From the NCBI GenBank assembly GCA_019057795.1, contig JAHLWS010000077.1:32001-96000 (forward strand): a stretch of 64,000 nucleotides of DNA, read 5' to 3'. The position numbers and the translations under genes are program-made. This document shows positions 38,801 through 53,800 of the stretch, piece after piece; position 1 is the stretch's first letter; every line of letters starts with the position of its first letter. The stretch comes from Promethearchaeota archaeon. Lineage in GTDB: Archaea > Asgardarchaeota > Lokiarchaeia > Sigyniarchaeales > SOKP01. The notes beneath the pieces are model-generated. The model did not search any database and was not told the origin of the DNA. It worked only from the letters and a program-made list of their open reading frames with translations.

Positions 38801-41800
38801 ATGGGGGGCTTCCGACGATTATAAGGAAACAGATATTACAGAAGTAGATTTGTATTCGGCTATGATTAAATCGAATATATACGGGATCATACAGTGTGAT
38901 GGCACACAAGGTAATGATGTGAAACCTTCTTTTGTTAAGCATGAGTTTATTGATAATAATACAATACGGTTGGAACGATATACCAACGGTGAAGATGGAA
39001 TTGGACATTGGGAAGTAGTTCAGTGGGAGTTAGTGCAATATTATAATGGAATCGTGCGGCCAAATAATGATAATTTAGCACAATGGGAAGCATCAGAAGC
39101 GAATAGTCATTATGAACTACTTAATGACAATGTAATAGATCCTGCAGCCCCATATATCAATGAAAGTTATATTTATACATCCAGTTTTAATAATGAGAGT
39201 GTTTCGGACATCCTTGAAATGGATACAATCACTATTGGAAGCGATAGGATAGTTTCGCAGATTCTACTTAAGGTGTACGGAAAAGAGATCAATATCGCAT
39301 CTACCATTGATGTATACATTGGAGGTCAGTGGTTAGGCGCGAAAAATCTTGATATGAATACGAACCCAGGGTGGCATACTTATATATGGTCTAGCTTAAA
39401 TGTTTCTCAGTCGGATTTGGATAGTATGCAAATAAAATTTGAATCAGAACAACCAGAACTAGCAGACCCGATTTATGAGAACTATGATTATGTGGCTTGG
39501 GGCGATATTCTTGATAATCCCCTTGGTACATCTAGTAATGAGTTTGTGATTTCTGCCTGGATAAAACCTACAATATTCTCATCAAAACAAAGTGAGAATG
39601 GTATTAAAAACGTATTTATTTCAAAGAATGGAAATTTGGAAATTGGAATTGATGAGAACGGATTCGTTGAACTTTATATTAAGACCTCAGACATTGAAAC
39701 ATCAGCTAGCTATGGAGTACATTACGCAGTTAAATTAAATCAATTTAATTATATTTCAATTTTGTATAATCAGAGCAACGTAGATGTGCTTATTAACGAT
39801 TTCTGGTACACTTCAGCAATCGGGGCAAATCCAGAGCCGTGGAATGCTAGCGGAAATATTGCGAGTGGTGGCAATTTTGCAATAGGTCTTGAGACTATAT
39901 CATTTTCTTCTTGCTTCACAGGTAAAATTGATAATGTCACCGTTTTTAGAGGAGCACTATCACATGAAGAAATTGAAGCTTACAGGAACTTGCTAGAAAT
40001 TTCATGTACTGTATTAAAAGATGATGAACAGAACGGTTGGACGCCTGTAAATTCTTCAGAGGTCTTAGCCGGCTATATTAATTTTCAATGTAATAAAACC
40101 GCCGGAATCCAAAATGAAATTAAAGCATTAGAGTTTTACCTGTCAACCTATGAGCCTGCATTTTTTGAAGATCCTGTGCCGGATGATTGGTCGTTAATAA
40201 AAACAATAACATATGACAGCATTTCTAATTCTTACGTAATTCACAGCCGAGATCTACCCGATGAAGAGGAGTTCTATTTTATTGTACGGGCTGTATATAA
40301 AAATGATATAGAAAACGTCACATTTGATTGTTTTTCAACTCCATTTTCAATTTCACATTTCATCAATGGTTCGCTTTCTTTTACCTATACGGCAAGAGGT
40401 AATAGAATTAATCAAAATTCTCAAATTGGAGTTATATTAAATGATGGATTTGAATGGTGGCATATCAATTATTTAGACGTATATGTTAACTATTCAGAAA
40501 ATATAGAATTCTTAACTTCCGTAAATATTACTGAATTATATTATAATCATCAGTTTATTGATTTAGATATATTGGAATCCTGGATCGAAAATAGGGGACT
40601 ATCTAATAGAGAAACTAATATTAATTTTTTAATCGCTGCAAATTACACCTTCGGTCCTGAATTTCCGACATATGCGTATAATTACACATTAGACCAAGTT
40701 ATACTTGATACTAAGGGTCCCGATATAACTATTGGATCACCCAATCCATTTGGAACAACTTATAACGATCCGGACAATCACATATTAACCGCAAATATTA
40801 CTTTTACAGACGAACATTTTACTTCTGTATCTTTAGATTACATGTATGACACGCATGAGGTCGGATCAGAAATCTGGAGAAATATTGGCACCTTTGTAGG
40901 AGAAGGTCCTTCACTATTAGTAAATTTCAGCATTTTAAACATGAGAGATAATAAAATAATTTTCAGATTTAGTTGTTTAGATGATCTGGCAAATAGTCTA
41001 GTGTTAAGCGATTCAGGTCTATGGATCGTCAAGGATATGAACAACCACGGGAATTTTATCGTCGAAGGATTAGACAACGAGTTGTATGGTCTTGACGGAG
41101 ATGACACGATAGATTTATCTCTTAAAGTTATCCCTGTTGATAATGATATAGATAAAGTAGTCCTTAGCACTTTGTACGAAACATTTGAGCTTACCTACGT
41201 GTATTATAATAAAGATTTCATTTATTTTGAAGATGTAGGCTCAGAAGATATCCGTCTAAATGCAAGTTTCTATGATGTTATAGGAACTGAGTTTTCTTAC
41301 ATCACCATCGATATAAAGTTATATCAAGGCGCTACTTTAATTGCCTACGATGAAAAAGTAATTACCGCAACTGATACAATTTTTGAAGACACTGTAGAAA
41401 TTTCAAATATTGAAATCGATACTGAAATTGAAACGCATAATATATGGATGAGTTTTGCCAATGGCACGAATGCATACAATAATACTCACGGTATTCCGTT
41501 TGTTTTGAACAATAATTTCCCCGTAGTGAAATTATATGATTCTAACAATATATTAACAGCAACAATACCTTTACAACCTTGGTGCGATAATTACGCAACA
41601 GAAGTGTATGATGCAGTTTCAATTGAAATTGTAGATAATCATTTTATTATAACGCTTCCAAATCCAGCTACAGGTGAAGTTTGCTCAATTAAAGAAGTGT
41701 GGGTAAACTTTACCCAATACGAGTTTTCATATCTTATAAACAGCGATGGCGACCTATTTGTTCAATTACTAACCGAAGAAGATATAGATGGAATTTATGC

Positions 41801-44800
41801 CTCATCAGGACCAATTGAGGTAAAGTATGGCGTTTCAACTGCTCTTCGCAATACGCGTCAGTTCTATACAACTTTCGATTTTACAACAATACCTCAGGAT
41901 GAATATGTTGTTCTTGGAGAATTTTGCGACATTTCGGGAAGTATCTCAAGTTTTACTATGAATGACACAATTCCGATAGACTTTGAAGGTCCTTATGCTT
42001 TTAAACAATTCGAAAATGGAGTTTCTGTAAACCCTGATACTGGATCTATTTCATTTATAATTACCGATTATTCAAATATCGCGGATTATTATTTTAATGT
42101 ATCGTTTACAGAGGGATACTGGGTACTCGATGGCACCCTATATACTTTTTATTTCAATAGTGATAGCGTACCGGAAGGTATTACCTTTCTTAAATTGACA
42201 TGTAAGGATTCTCTTGGGTATAATAGCAGCGTTGACTTTAACATTGTATTTGACAAAACTGCTCCTAATATCGTGCAATTATATAAGGATAACGATATTT
42301 CAAACCATCTCTTTTTAATTAACGTTTCAATAAGCGATATCTCTGATTATACCATTTATTTGAAATGTGTAAACTGTTATTCAAGCGTTGTATATGATGA
42401 TATGGAGTACACCGCACTTGAAATCGAAGATAATATGTGGCAAATCGTATTTGATACGTCTCAATTACCGAATGGATATTATGATGTATACATATGCGGG
42501 ACAGATAGTGCGGGAAATTATGCAGAAAAGCTCATTGATCCATATTTTGATAATACCCCTCCTCAGATAGTTTCTATAACAGATAAAATATTTGCAGAAG
42601 GAGAAAATATTTATAATAATACTATTGCAAATACCATATTTTTCAACGACCAGAAATACATCTCACTTACCGCAGTGGATGAAACAGAGAGCGGTTTTGA
42701 TTGGGCTTCTGTAAGCCAAGAATTAGGCTATCAAATGGGCGTTCAATCAGTTGTAATGTATTATACCGAACCTTTGGCGTGGCATAATTTATCGATTGCA
42801 GGAACATTTAATTACGATATACTATCATACGAAATAATAGGATATGATCAAAGTTCTGATAAATCAAGGATAAAAAACATCCAAGCAATAAAAATTGCAG
42901 GTCATCTCGTAGATAAATTCTCAATATTGATGAGCGGAACTTCACTTATACTTAAGATTGATGAGCAGTACCGCTTCTTGCTGTCGTCTGAAAATACTGA
43001 TGAGATAACCGCATTATTCTATGAATATACTGACAAAAACGGTATTCCACTTGAATTTGATAATATTAACAAAGAATGGGATTTATTGTCTTCCGGAACT
43101 AATTATTTTAACGTTTCTGAATTCCTTTCACTTTCAGAAGGGGAAGAATTTCTTTTCTGGTTCTCCCTAAAGGATAACTTACCAAATGAATTTATCTCAC
43201 ACGTATTTAAAGGAATTTATGATCGTGCTATTATACGGAATTCTAATAATAGTTTGTTCAGCTGGCATCTTGGAACGAATAGCACAGGTGCAGGAGTTCT
43301 GATATTCGGCTCTGATACCTATGAAGATAGTACTATTCAGATAGACACTTCTTCTATAGCACTGGATGTATGGAACGAAGAAGATATTACTAGAGTTTAC
43401 TTTTATGGTTCTGAAGATGAGACAACATGGCAAATTATCGGAAGGGCATACTATTCCTCCAAAGAAACTCTCTGGAGTTATTACTGGAACGGTGAATTGC
43501 TAAAATCACAGGGTCAACTTCCGCCTAAGAATTATTTTATAAAATCTATACTATTTGACAAAGCTGGAAATTATATAATAGAAAATAGTAAAATACACAT
43601 ATACGATTATATTGAATTTAATTTAATAACCAACTTAGTGTTTGGAGAAATATTAGAATTCGACGAAAATTTACTGGAGAATATCCATGATATCACCGGA
43701 ACCATAGAAAATTTCATTGGAGATGTGAATTTATGGGATGTAATCGCCCAATATTACGATCCCTTAGCAAACGAATGGATTCCGCTAAATATTAATCCTG
43801 CAGTGATAGCAACCCAGGGGACATATACTATTACATGGGATATCAATGCTGATTACATGTTTATGGAATCAATGTATGATTTTAATTATACCTATTTACC
43901 GATGCACGTAACTCCCAAGACAGATGCAGATCTATGGGGCTCATGGGGTATATTCACGGAAAACGGCACATGGCAACCGATCATTGTATCTCAAGTTGGT
44001 TCTCTCTTGGATATTACTATATATCAATTTAACGAAACATTGGGGTGGTTAGTGGATTATTCTATAAGCACTGAAGCAACCATCGGAACACTTGAGGGAC
44101 AAGTGTTCAAATTAACTGATATTGACGGTAATGGTATTAGTGAGATCATTCGAATCTCTCCCTCCCAACTAGATGTTCTATATCTGAAAGAAAGCTCAAT
44201 ATGGGTAATAAAAGAAAACATTATAGCCCGTACTGGGTTTGAATATTTCTCATTTGATTTTTCTTTTAATTCATTTGGCGATTGTACGATGATTATTCAT
44301 CAGCAAGACACATCAGGCAATTCTTATTTATCAAAATATATTTTTGATTCAGAATTCAATCTTGAATTTATAAAAGAAGTTGGAGCGCCTTTAAATTTTG
44401 ATATTACCTCAATTAAAATTATAAATCAATTTTCTTCAGACAGTAGAAAGGCAATACTTATCGGTGGCCTAATGGAAAATTCATATTCCTCTCAATTACT
44501 TGAGTACGATTTTGACTTAAACTTTAAAAATATCGTATTAGAATCAATTCTGGGAAAAATATCTGTTATAGATTACGGTGAATTGGACGGTGTTGACATG
44601 ATTATGCTAGGTATCGATAGAATTACCATTGGACGAATGGATGCTGTTATTGCTTTAAACCAAATCGCCGGCACAGAGACCTGGAATGAATTTGAGTTGA
44701 CCGGATTTGACGATGTAAAGTTCAAGGTTTATGATATGCTTATCATTAGCGAAAATAATATAAAAAAACTATTATTAGCATCAGAGACAGGAGTGTATGA

Positions 44801-47800
44801 GACCACATTCGAATATAAAGAAGACTTAAGCACCATTACCAGCCCAATTTGCTTTATTCATGAGATATTTGCGAGAGATGAACTGTCCAGCGGCACTCCA
44901 ACTATAGAACTGGTTCACCAGCCGATCTACTCGATTGAAAAAATATTTTATAAGTCTGCTAATAAATGGATAGAATTGGATATAGATGAAGTTCTTGTGC
45001 GCCATTCACGGCGGGACGTTGAATTAGATTTAACTTCTGTGTGGTCCGGTTTATCTTACCTGAAAATTGCTTATGCATTCGAATCTTTTGTCGCAGAAGA
45101 GACCTCTATGGTTGATCCCTCTTTTGACTGGAAAGAGGGCACTTCTAACACTCAGAGTATTTCGGCTTTTGGAAAGTTCTTTGATGCATCCACTCTACCG
45201 CTGATGTGGTTAAATCCTACCTCTACTTATATAAATCCAAATTGGAACTCTTTACCAAACGCGATGACATATCGTTATTCCCCTGTTATATCTAAATTAG
45301 GAACATCAACTATGTATCCAGCAATATCTAATACATGGGGTCCTGAATATAACATACCGGAATTAGAAAACAGCCTTATTCATTACGATGGTACCTACGA
45401 TTCGGGAATATTAGTGGAAGATCTGTCAGGTCAAGAATTTACACGGGATGATCTTGCCGATGATGAGTTTTACGGTCAATTTGAAAATAATTATATAGAT
45501 GGGGTATGGATAAGTAATCCAGTACAAAGTACAAATTACAACTTCACTGAAATGTATAATGATATAATTTACAGCACGAACGGAATATATAATGAATACC
45601 TTAGCACTCAGATGGTTCTTGTTAAAAATAGAATAAATAGCTATTATGTGGACGCTTCCTATACCCAAAGCGGTATCTCTTCAACAGGTTCCCTCCCTTC
45701 AGGTTCAATATATAAGTATTTATCACAAGCGTCTACAAAAGATGTTGAGTATGCATTATCTTCATGGGACGAATATCTTTCTATCTACATGAATAACGAA
45801 GATACCTACAGTCTAGAACTTACATGTGAATTACCAGTTGTAGATAGAAATGGTATCGATTCTATTCAAATCGCACTTGATGGATCCATTGTTTCATCGG
45901 ATTTCAGCAAGAATTATCCACTTTCAATACAAATGTTTAACTTCAACTATAATAGTGGGCAGGGTCGTTGGGAATCTATTCCAATGGGTAATGTTTATTA
46001 CAGCTCCGGTAAGTATTACTATGATATTTCTAGTTCTTCATTTCCGTTTAAAGAACGAAATGTATTTGATTATGATTTTTGGACATGGGAAGATTCCACC
46101 CTTGTTGATGCATTCAGACCAAACTGGGGAACTACTGCTTCAAATGATATGAGTACAATAAACTTCGGAGACTGTTTCCCAAGTGTTGTGGATGCTAGTG
46201 GCAATGCGTGGTTCGATACAACTGTATTTAATCCAATATATGGGTCCAACTTCATGATACCAAGTCACACTGACAATTATGTAAGAAATACGTTGTGGAG
46301 CGATGACTATAGAGTATTATATTACGATGATTCACATATCTCAAATTCTAATAAATTTCAGTTTACCAATCTAGAAGTAGATCCATCAGATTTCTGTACA
46401 ACTAGCACACCATTTCCAGCCCCAACAAGTTCAACCGTGTTTTCACCCGCTAATTTTTACAATGATTTTGTTAGCGAGAATAGTGAGTTTAAAGTTAGAA
46501 TCATCACACAAAAGGAAGCTGGACAAGCAGGTAGTGCGTATTTATGTATAGGGGACTTAAAAACGTATGTCCATACCGACAGCAATTACTTAAACTACAA
46601 AAATTTTGAATATGAAGGGATTCACCATGTTAGTGATAATATTGATGTTACGATCTCAGGTGTAGAACTAGGAGGGAAAAGCGGATTTAAAGAAGTAGAT
46701 ACAAAGTATTTAGAGGATAAATATAATGAACCACACGATGTATATAAAGCGTCATTTACCTTTGATTATGACGTTAAAGATCAAGGTGGTAAATTTTATT
46801 TCTCATTAAATGACCATGTTACTTACTGTGTAAATGATGACAACAGTCAGCTTTATTTCCCAGGGTATGGTAATGAATTTATATTTTATTATAACTGTTC
46901 GACAGGATGGTGGGAGGCATATCTTAACCCGCAAGATTTTTCAACCCCTATATGGAACTACCAAGAAGGTGTTACGCAGGTTGAAATCGCCCCTCAGGTA
47001 ACATCAGAGTGTGCGGGATCTCAAAAACTTATCGTTTCTTCTATGGAATCGCAATTTCTAAAAAGAATTCGTGATAAATACGATTTTGCGGATTACAAAA
47101 CACTCGTTGCCAATGATAAAACAGGACAGTATGTGGATCTACTTGATATGGATTTTGAAGAAGCTTTTATGACTCCAGAAAATACATTTGCACAAGTATC
47201 TTCTGATATTGATCTGTACTATAGCTTCAATGACGAAATGGTACAAGAAAATCTTGAAAACGGTCTGTGGAGCATGACTATTGATCCTACTTTTGAGTAT
47301 GACCGAATGGATGATGATTATGATACACCGTACACCTATTATGAAGAAGGGTTTATTCCAAACGGTTACCAATCGCTGGATTTCACGTATATCACTGATG
47401 TGAATAGGGAAGAAGTCAGAAGGTGGGATTTACGTTCAGGGGATGCGTTGTCTGACATGCATGATGATGACGGAAATACATATAGAGTGACCCGACATGG
47501 GAATAAAAATTGGATTTACTTGGATCCTAATACACGTAATCATGTGAATGTGATGGACTTTTATCAAATTTATATGTCGAATTACCATGTGGATTCCACT
47601 TCTGGTTTTGAATCTTCTAATTGGTATAAACTTATAGATGGTTACGAGGCATATATAAGAGCTTACGGTAGTATCCCATCTATGGCTGGCTATGATACCT
47701 GGCATCTTTTGCGTCAAGGTATTAGGATACCTTGTCCAAACTTCAACCCTTCAGATCCAGTAGACTCTATAAGTGGTAGAATTAGTGCAAGATCATGGTG

Positions 47801-50800
47801 CTTACCCGGTACAAATTTTGCAGGTGGAATCGATATCATATCTAAATATGGCCAAAATGTGAATCTTCGTAATTTGTACTGGAGTATGGTAGAACCTATT
47901 AATTACGACTTTCAACTATACGGTCCTAATCTTAACGATTTTATCCATTTTGATGGTAATCAATATTACATTGAACTTCAAGTATGGGACGCCGCGTATT
48001 CTGAGTATGATGGCTCTTATTATTGGAATATAAATCTTAATCTATTCACAGATCAAGTATATGTAGATGTAATGTGGGGGATGGGGAGTACTTCTACTTT
48101 TGAAGTTGATGCGGTTGATGACACAATAAACAATGATTTCATGTTATTCTTTCAAGGGGAATACTACGATCCTGAACCTCCTTATAGAACATCGGAATTA
48201 TATATTAACAATCAAGTAGAGATTAGTAATCTTGGAAGTAAAACAATACATAAACTTGTAGACGCATCTGTATTAGGAAATATGTATATACCAATCGCTC
48301 AGCCCCTAAGTGATGATGATAATTATATCGATATAGATTATCTATTTCTCTATAGGATGAACCAACAAACTACCATCCCAATCGCAAACAAAGATGGTAT
48401 TATTTTACCATCAACATTATCTAACACATATAATGACACTATTACTCATCCATTTGTTAAGTACGATCCATTTTTAGGGAATAATACAGTCAGATTTACT
48501 CTGGGACGCAGTGTTTTGACTCATATATTCGGAAGAGGATCAAGCACACAGATCTATGCAAATGCAACATTAGACGATGTAAGACTACTTTTTAATTTGT
48601 TCCCACCAGATGAATCGTATGTAAATTTTCCTACAACCCACCAATATGTCGAGGGATTTGATAATAATAAACACAATCCGGAGGATTTAAGGGATTACGA
48701 TAATTATGCGATAAGTAGATTCAAGAATAGCGCGTTAGATGATATCCAGATACCTCTTGTAAGCCCAATTATATTAGACTTTAGTGATGATACTAGTGAT
48801 TTTGAAAACGATTTTAGTTTGGAACTTGCTCTTGATTTAGATATAGCGCTTAATAACAGATTGGTTAATTCTAACTGGAGCTTGCGTTTCAGATTATTAT
48901 ATTACAACTATGTTTCGGGAAAATGGAAAGATATTAATTCGCTCCTGTGGGCAGAAAGTGAAGGACAAGCAGAACCGGTATGGGATCCAGATTGGTCTGA
49001 TAATCATATCGTATATTTAAAGAATGCAAGTGCTGAATTGTCGAATAGGCTCATTCCAATACAAGATAATTCAGATATCACTATATTGAACCCCATTTGC
49101 TTTGATACGCTAAATAGTGATATGATCTCTCAAGGAAAAATGAAACTCGCATTTATTTCATACATAATGCCGGGTAATCTTTCCGTTGATACGCAGGGAT
49201 ATTTCTCGTACGAGAGATTTGACCCGATGGTGCCGATAAATATCTCCCAAACTGTTACCGTACTCGATGCATCAATTTCTTCCTATTTGGATCGGTCATT
49301 AAATTTAGAAAATTATTTGACAAAAAGTCTTGTTTTAGATAACAGCAAGGCAAATATGAGTGCAGTTGAAAATATTGGAGAAATTCTTGCTGTAAGAGGG
49401 ATTTTTGAAGATGAAAATGGTATCATTTATGAATATCTAATAGATGATTATACGATTGAAAATGACGAGCTTGTTATTAATTCTCCAATGGCGGATATAT
49501 TCTGCAATGTATCAATAGAATACGTGCCCGAGGTGGAATTGGAATACCGCCATAATCGCTGGTATTTACCTGATTCGTTGCATATCGATTCTATTAATTT
49601 TACGCAGCCTTTCTTTGTGTCTAACCTTAAAGACGATAACAAATTCTACGGTACCTATGTATATAAGGATACTGGGGTTGGTTATGTCTTGATGTACGAC
49701 ATAACAGGACAATATGCAGGTGTGTATGTAGATTTTGATGATCCGGCGCAAGTGACCGGAACCCCACGGGGTGCGGTGAGATACGGAAAGTTCAATGATA
49801 TATCACTTACTGAGTTTTCTCTTACAGATGAATTATTGTACCAATATGATGTACTAAGCTCCCCTTCGAACTGGACGGGCGGTACACTGAATTTACAAAT
49901 AAGCGCAGGGTTCAATGATGTGCTCTATTCTGAATTATCCCAAGTATGGTGTGACTCCTACAATATTGTAATTGAATTGTATAAACTTGATTCAAATAAT
50001 TTATTGACAAAAATCGGCACTATAACAGAAGATCTTGACACATTTTTGCTTGGTTTTCACGTGTATGATTTGGAAATAGACTTACTTGAAGATATTTTAT
50101 TTGAGCAAAATGGACAGCAGTTGTTTGGAGAGGCGGTTGCGATGAATTTGGGCAATGATTTATATATGACAATCAAAACATCAATAGAAAATACAACTGT
50201 GGATGGTTACTTATTCGAAGGTTTTTACGCTCAAGAAATTCACTCTGCCACGTTAAAAATAGATGCATCGGATTCAGGATTAAGGGTAAACGGAAATCTA
50301 ATAGATAAAACATATATGGAAATCGTGCAAAATCACACGATGTTAACAAAAACAGAAAATGGATTATATGAATTTGATTCATTAAAATATGATTTTAAGG
50401 TAGAAATTAAGAACCTTTATGTAGAAGGAGTAAAGCTTCAAGAATTTGCTGATTATGAATTTGATCAAGAGAATTCCCAGCTCTTATTAATTGCCAATTA
50501 CAGCGACTATTCTGGTCTGTTATTTGCAGATATTTCATATCGTGCATTTGAATGGAAGAAAGGTATGGTATCAGCTTTAGAACCGGTCAGAGTCTCTTTT
50601 GATCACGAATACATGGAAAAAATTACAAAATATTTAGAAATTGAATTGGGATATTCTTCAACAGGATTTCCGGGTTATGAGGTGGAGGTGATCGACGAAG
50701 CAACAGGGAAAGTCTTACTCGCGAGCGAAGAGAAAGGCGCAGAAATGCTGAATATCTACATGTATAATTACATGAAAGGCAAATGGGAGAAAATACAGTT

Positions 50801-53800
50801 TGTCGCTTATGATGATTATAGAGAGAGTAATTCCATATCTTATGTAGCCGATAGAAATTACCTCACATTCGAGAATTTTTTCAATAGAACTGTAGCGGGA
50901 ACGTTTGAAATGCAATTTCTTCCCACAATAGAAGCGTCGATAGGAAAGTGCTTTTTATCCACTATCGGTTTTGATATTAATTCAATCAATGCAAAGATCT
51001 ATTATTCCAGTCCTCAAATGGGTTTCTTTGCTAATCCGCAGATTGAATTCGATGTGGACATAACTCAGTATATTAAAAATAAAAATATTTGTATCGACGA
51101 AATTACGCTTGATTTAAGTTTTGCAGGTGAAGTGTTGCTCGATACCGCATTTATCTATTCTGATTACGCGATAATAGAAGAGGTTTTTAATATATACCTC
51201 AGAAATGAATATTTAGAATTTGAGGAATATCAATTGAATGAAGACGGTTCGATTATAATTCTAAGAGGAGATCTTAATAGGTTATTGTATTATGACATCG
51301 CAAACGATAAATATTACATACGTGTAATGTTAGAATACGATTGGACGTGCCATCTTGATTTAAGCTTGGGCGGAAACTCTATGCTCGATATTGTAGCCAC
51401 GCTAAACTTGATTAAATACGATCTCACCGTAACCTATACAATCCACAAAACTACGAGAATTTCAGCGCAAAAAATAGATATTCCATATGAATTAGTACCT
51501 ATTTTAGCTCCAAACTATATGCAAGACAATGAAACTATAACTATATTAGACGATGATGAACAGCTTGATATCGGGGTTTTCGGCGGTTTTTTAAGAAATG
51601 TTGATACGCGCCAAAGGTTAATGCTTCGGCAACAGTTAATTTACAATTTCACTGAAGCTCAAGAGGGATGGAGCCAAATCATTTTAGATCAAGAATATAC
51701 CGATTTAATTATGCGATTTATTAGTCCTGTTGGATATCTCAATACCCCCATAGAATACCTTACCGATAATACGTATTTCGCGTTTGTCGCAGATCATGAA
51801 GTTGTATCAGTTGAATTATATTGGAAGAACGGTTCTTTATATGAGAAAATAGGAGATATGATACCTAACGACGAATATCCTACCTTATTTGAGTATACTT
51901 GGTATGATATTTCGGAAAATACAGAAGCTTTAACCAATGATATTGTTGGAATTATGTTCAAACTCACAGATATTTTTAATAATACCAATCAATATGATTA
52001 TAATCTAACCGCTGATTTTACCCCTCCGCAACCTTCAATTTCAGTAGGAGATGGTTCTGAAAGTTTTGAAAGTATGAACGCAGATCCCCTAACAAGTATC
52101 GAGTTTATTAATAATGAACAGGTAGGGAACTTTATAGAGTATTACAGGATAATAGATCTTATTTCAGGGCAAGCATCTGAGTGGATCAATTTTAATTCAT
52201 CAGAAATTTTTATTTTAAATGACTTAATAGATACACCTACTAATTTTTCTATTGAGTATAAAATAATTGACGCTGCAGGAAATGAAAACAGTACATTACT
52301 CTATAATAATGGATATGAATTTATGCTATTTTCGCGCAAAATTTCGATATATTTAACAGATAATACTATTGATCTAAATAGCGACAGTATTTACGAGCGA
52401 GAAATAATATTTGAGGATAATAATCAATTTAATGGAGAAGATCTTGATATATATATCAATGGTTTTAAATATGGCACAGCGGTATCAAACGGCACTCATT
52501 ATATCATATCGTTTGGAACAGAAAATAATGAATCTTCATTAATGGCATATTCAGATTCATTAATGAGCGAGAATATATATTCCAATACCAACCCTCTCAA
52601 TCACGTCAGCTGGAAGATTACTGAAGATAATCTCTTCGGCGTTTCAAAACATGTTTTAGTAAACGGTGATATAGTTATTATTAATCCACTTACCTATAAT
52701 GCAACGGCAACTTTAGAGTTAGCACACCTTTATGACGGAAGTTTTGCATTGCCAAATTTTATGAGATTACAACAAGTATATTATTATAATGCTTCAAATA
52801 ACGATATTTGTTATCTTATTTATGGAAAAGATTATATAATTACAGATGCCTCAGGCACAATCGTATTTCCGGAGGGTTCTCTTGTCCATGATCTATTTGA
52901 GAACCACACTTCTGAGGTTCTTCGTGGTCTTATCTATTTTGAATATGCAGCATCTAAGGTATGTGATCTACTATCATTATCCAACGCAGATGGTCTTTTT
53001 GTAAATTTCATAATGCCTGCGGTGTTTTACGACCATACTACAATAGAAAAACTTACCGTGAGAGTCCAAGACTTTTTAGGAAACTCATTTGTAAAAGTTT
53101 TTTACGATCTTGACTTAAGAAAGTATTTCTTAGAGGGAGAAAAAGATAAGTATGAAACTGATATCTACGGGTTAGGGAAGATGATGGTAATACCCCTATA
53201 TATCGATTTTAATGAACTATCTTTTTCCAATCCCGGAGTAACGTTTGATTTAAGTCTTTTAGAAACCATATCTTTTGAGGTTTCTGATTCCAAACGATGG
53301 CCGGGGTCATTTATGCAAGAATACGAAGAATTTAGCGTATTAAATCTCCCCTATCAACGTATTGCAATTACAGATCTTTCGCTCTATAATTTAATATGCG
53401 ATTCTGTTGAGGAAGATGAGGATAATTACGTTGCTTCTTCATTCAAGGTTATTGCTCCTAACTATTACAATTATTACGCTCAAGATGAATTTAAGATTAA
53501 ACGCCTTGATATTGCATTTACTAACGTGATGGCATTTGCAAATAATAGCCAGATCACTCAAGGAAGCGAGGTAGATGTTGAATATTCTGATTATATTGAA
53601 CTAAATTATCTGTTCAATAATACAATTTTGCCCGTACTATTAAATGATATTATTACCTTACCAATAACGTTAAATAATGCAACCGGTTCCAATGAGATAT
53701 TAGCATTTAGCATAGCAAATTGGATAACAAAGTCAGATATTGATTCATTATCTGGCTATACAAATTATTATTATTCCAAATTCCAGGTACCACCCGTTCT

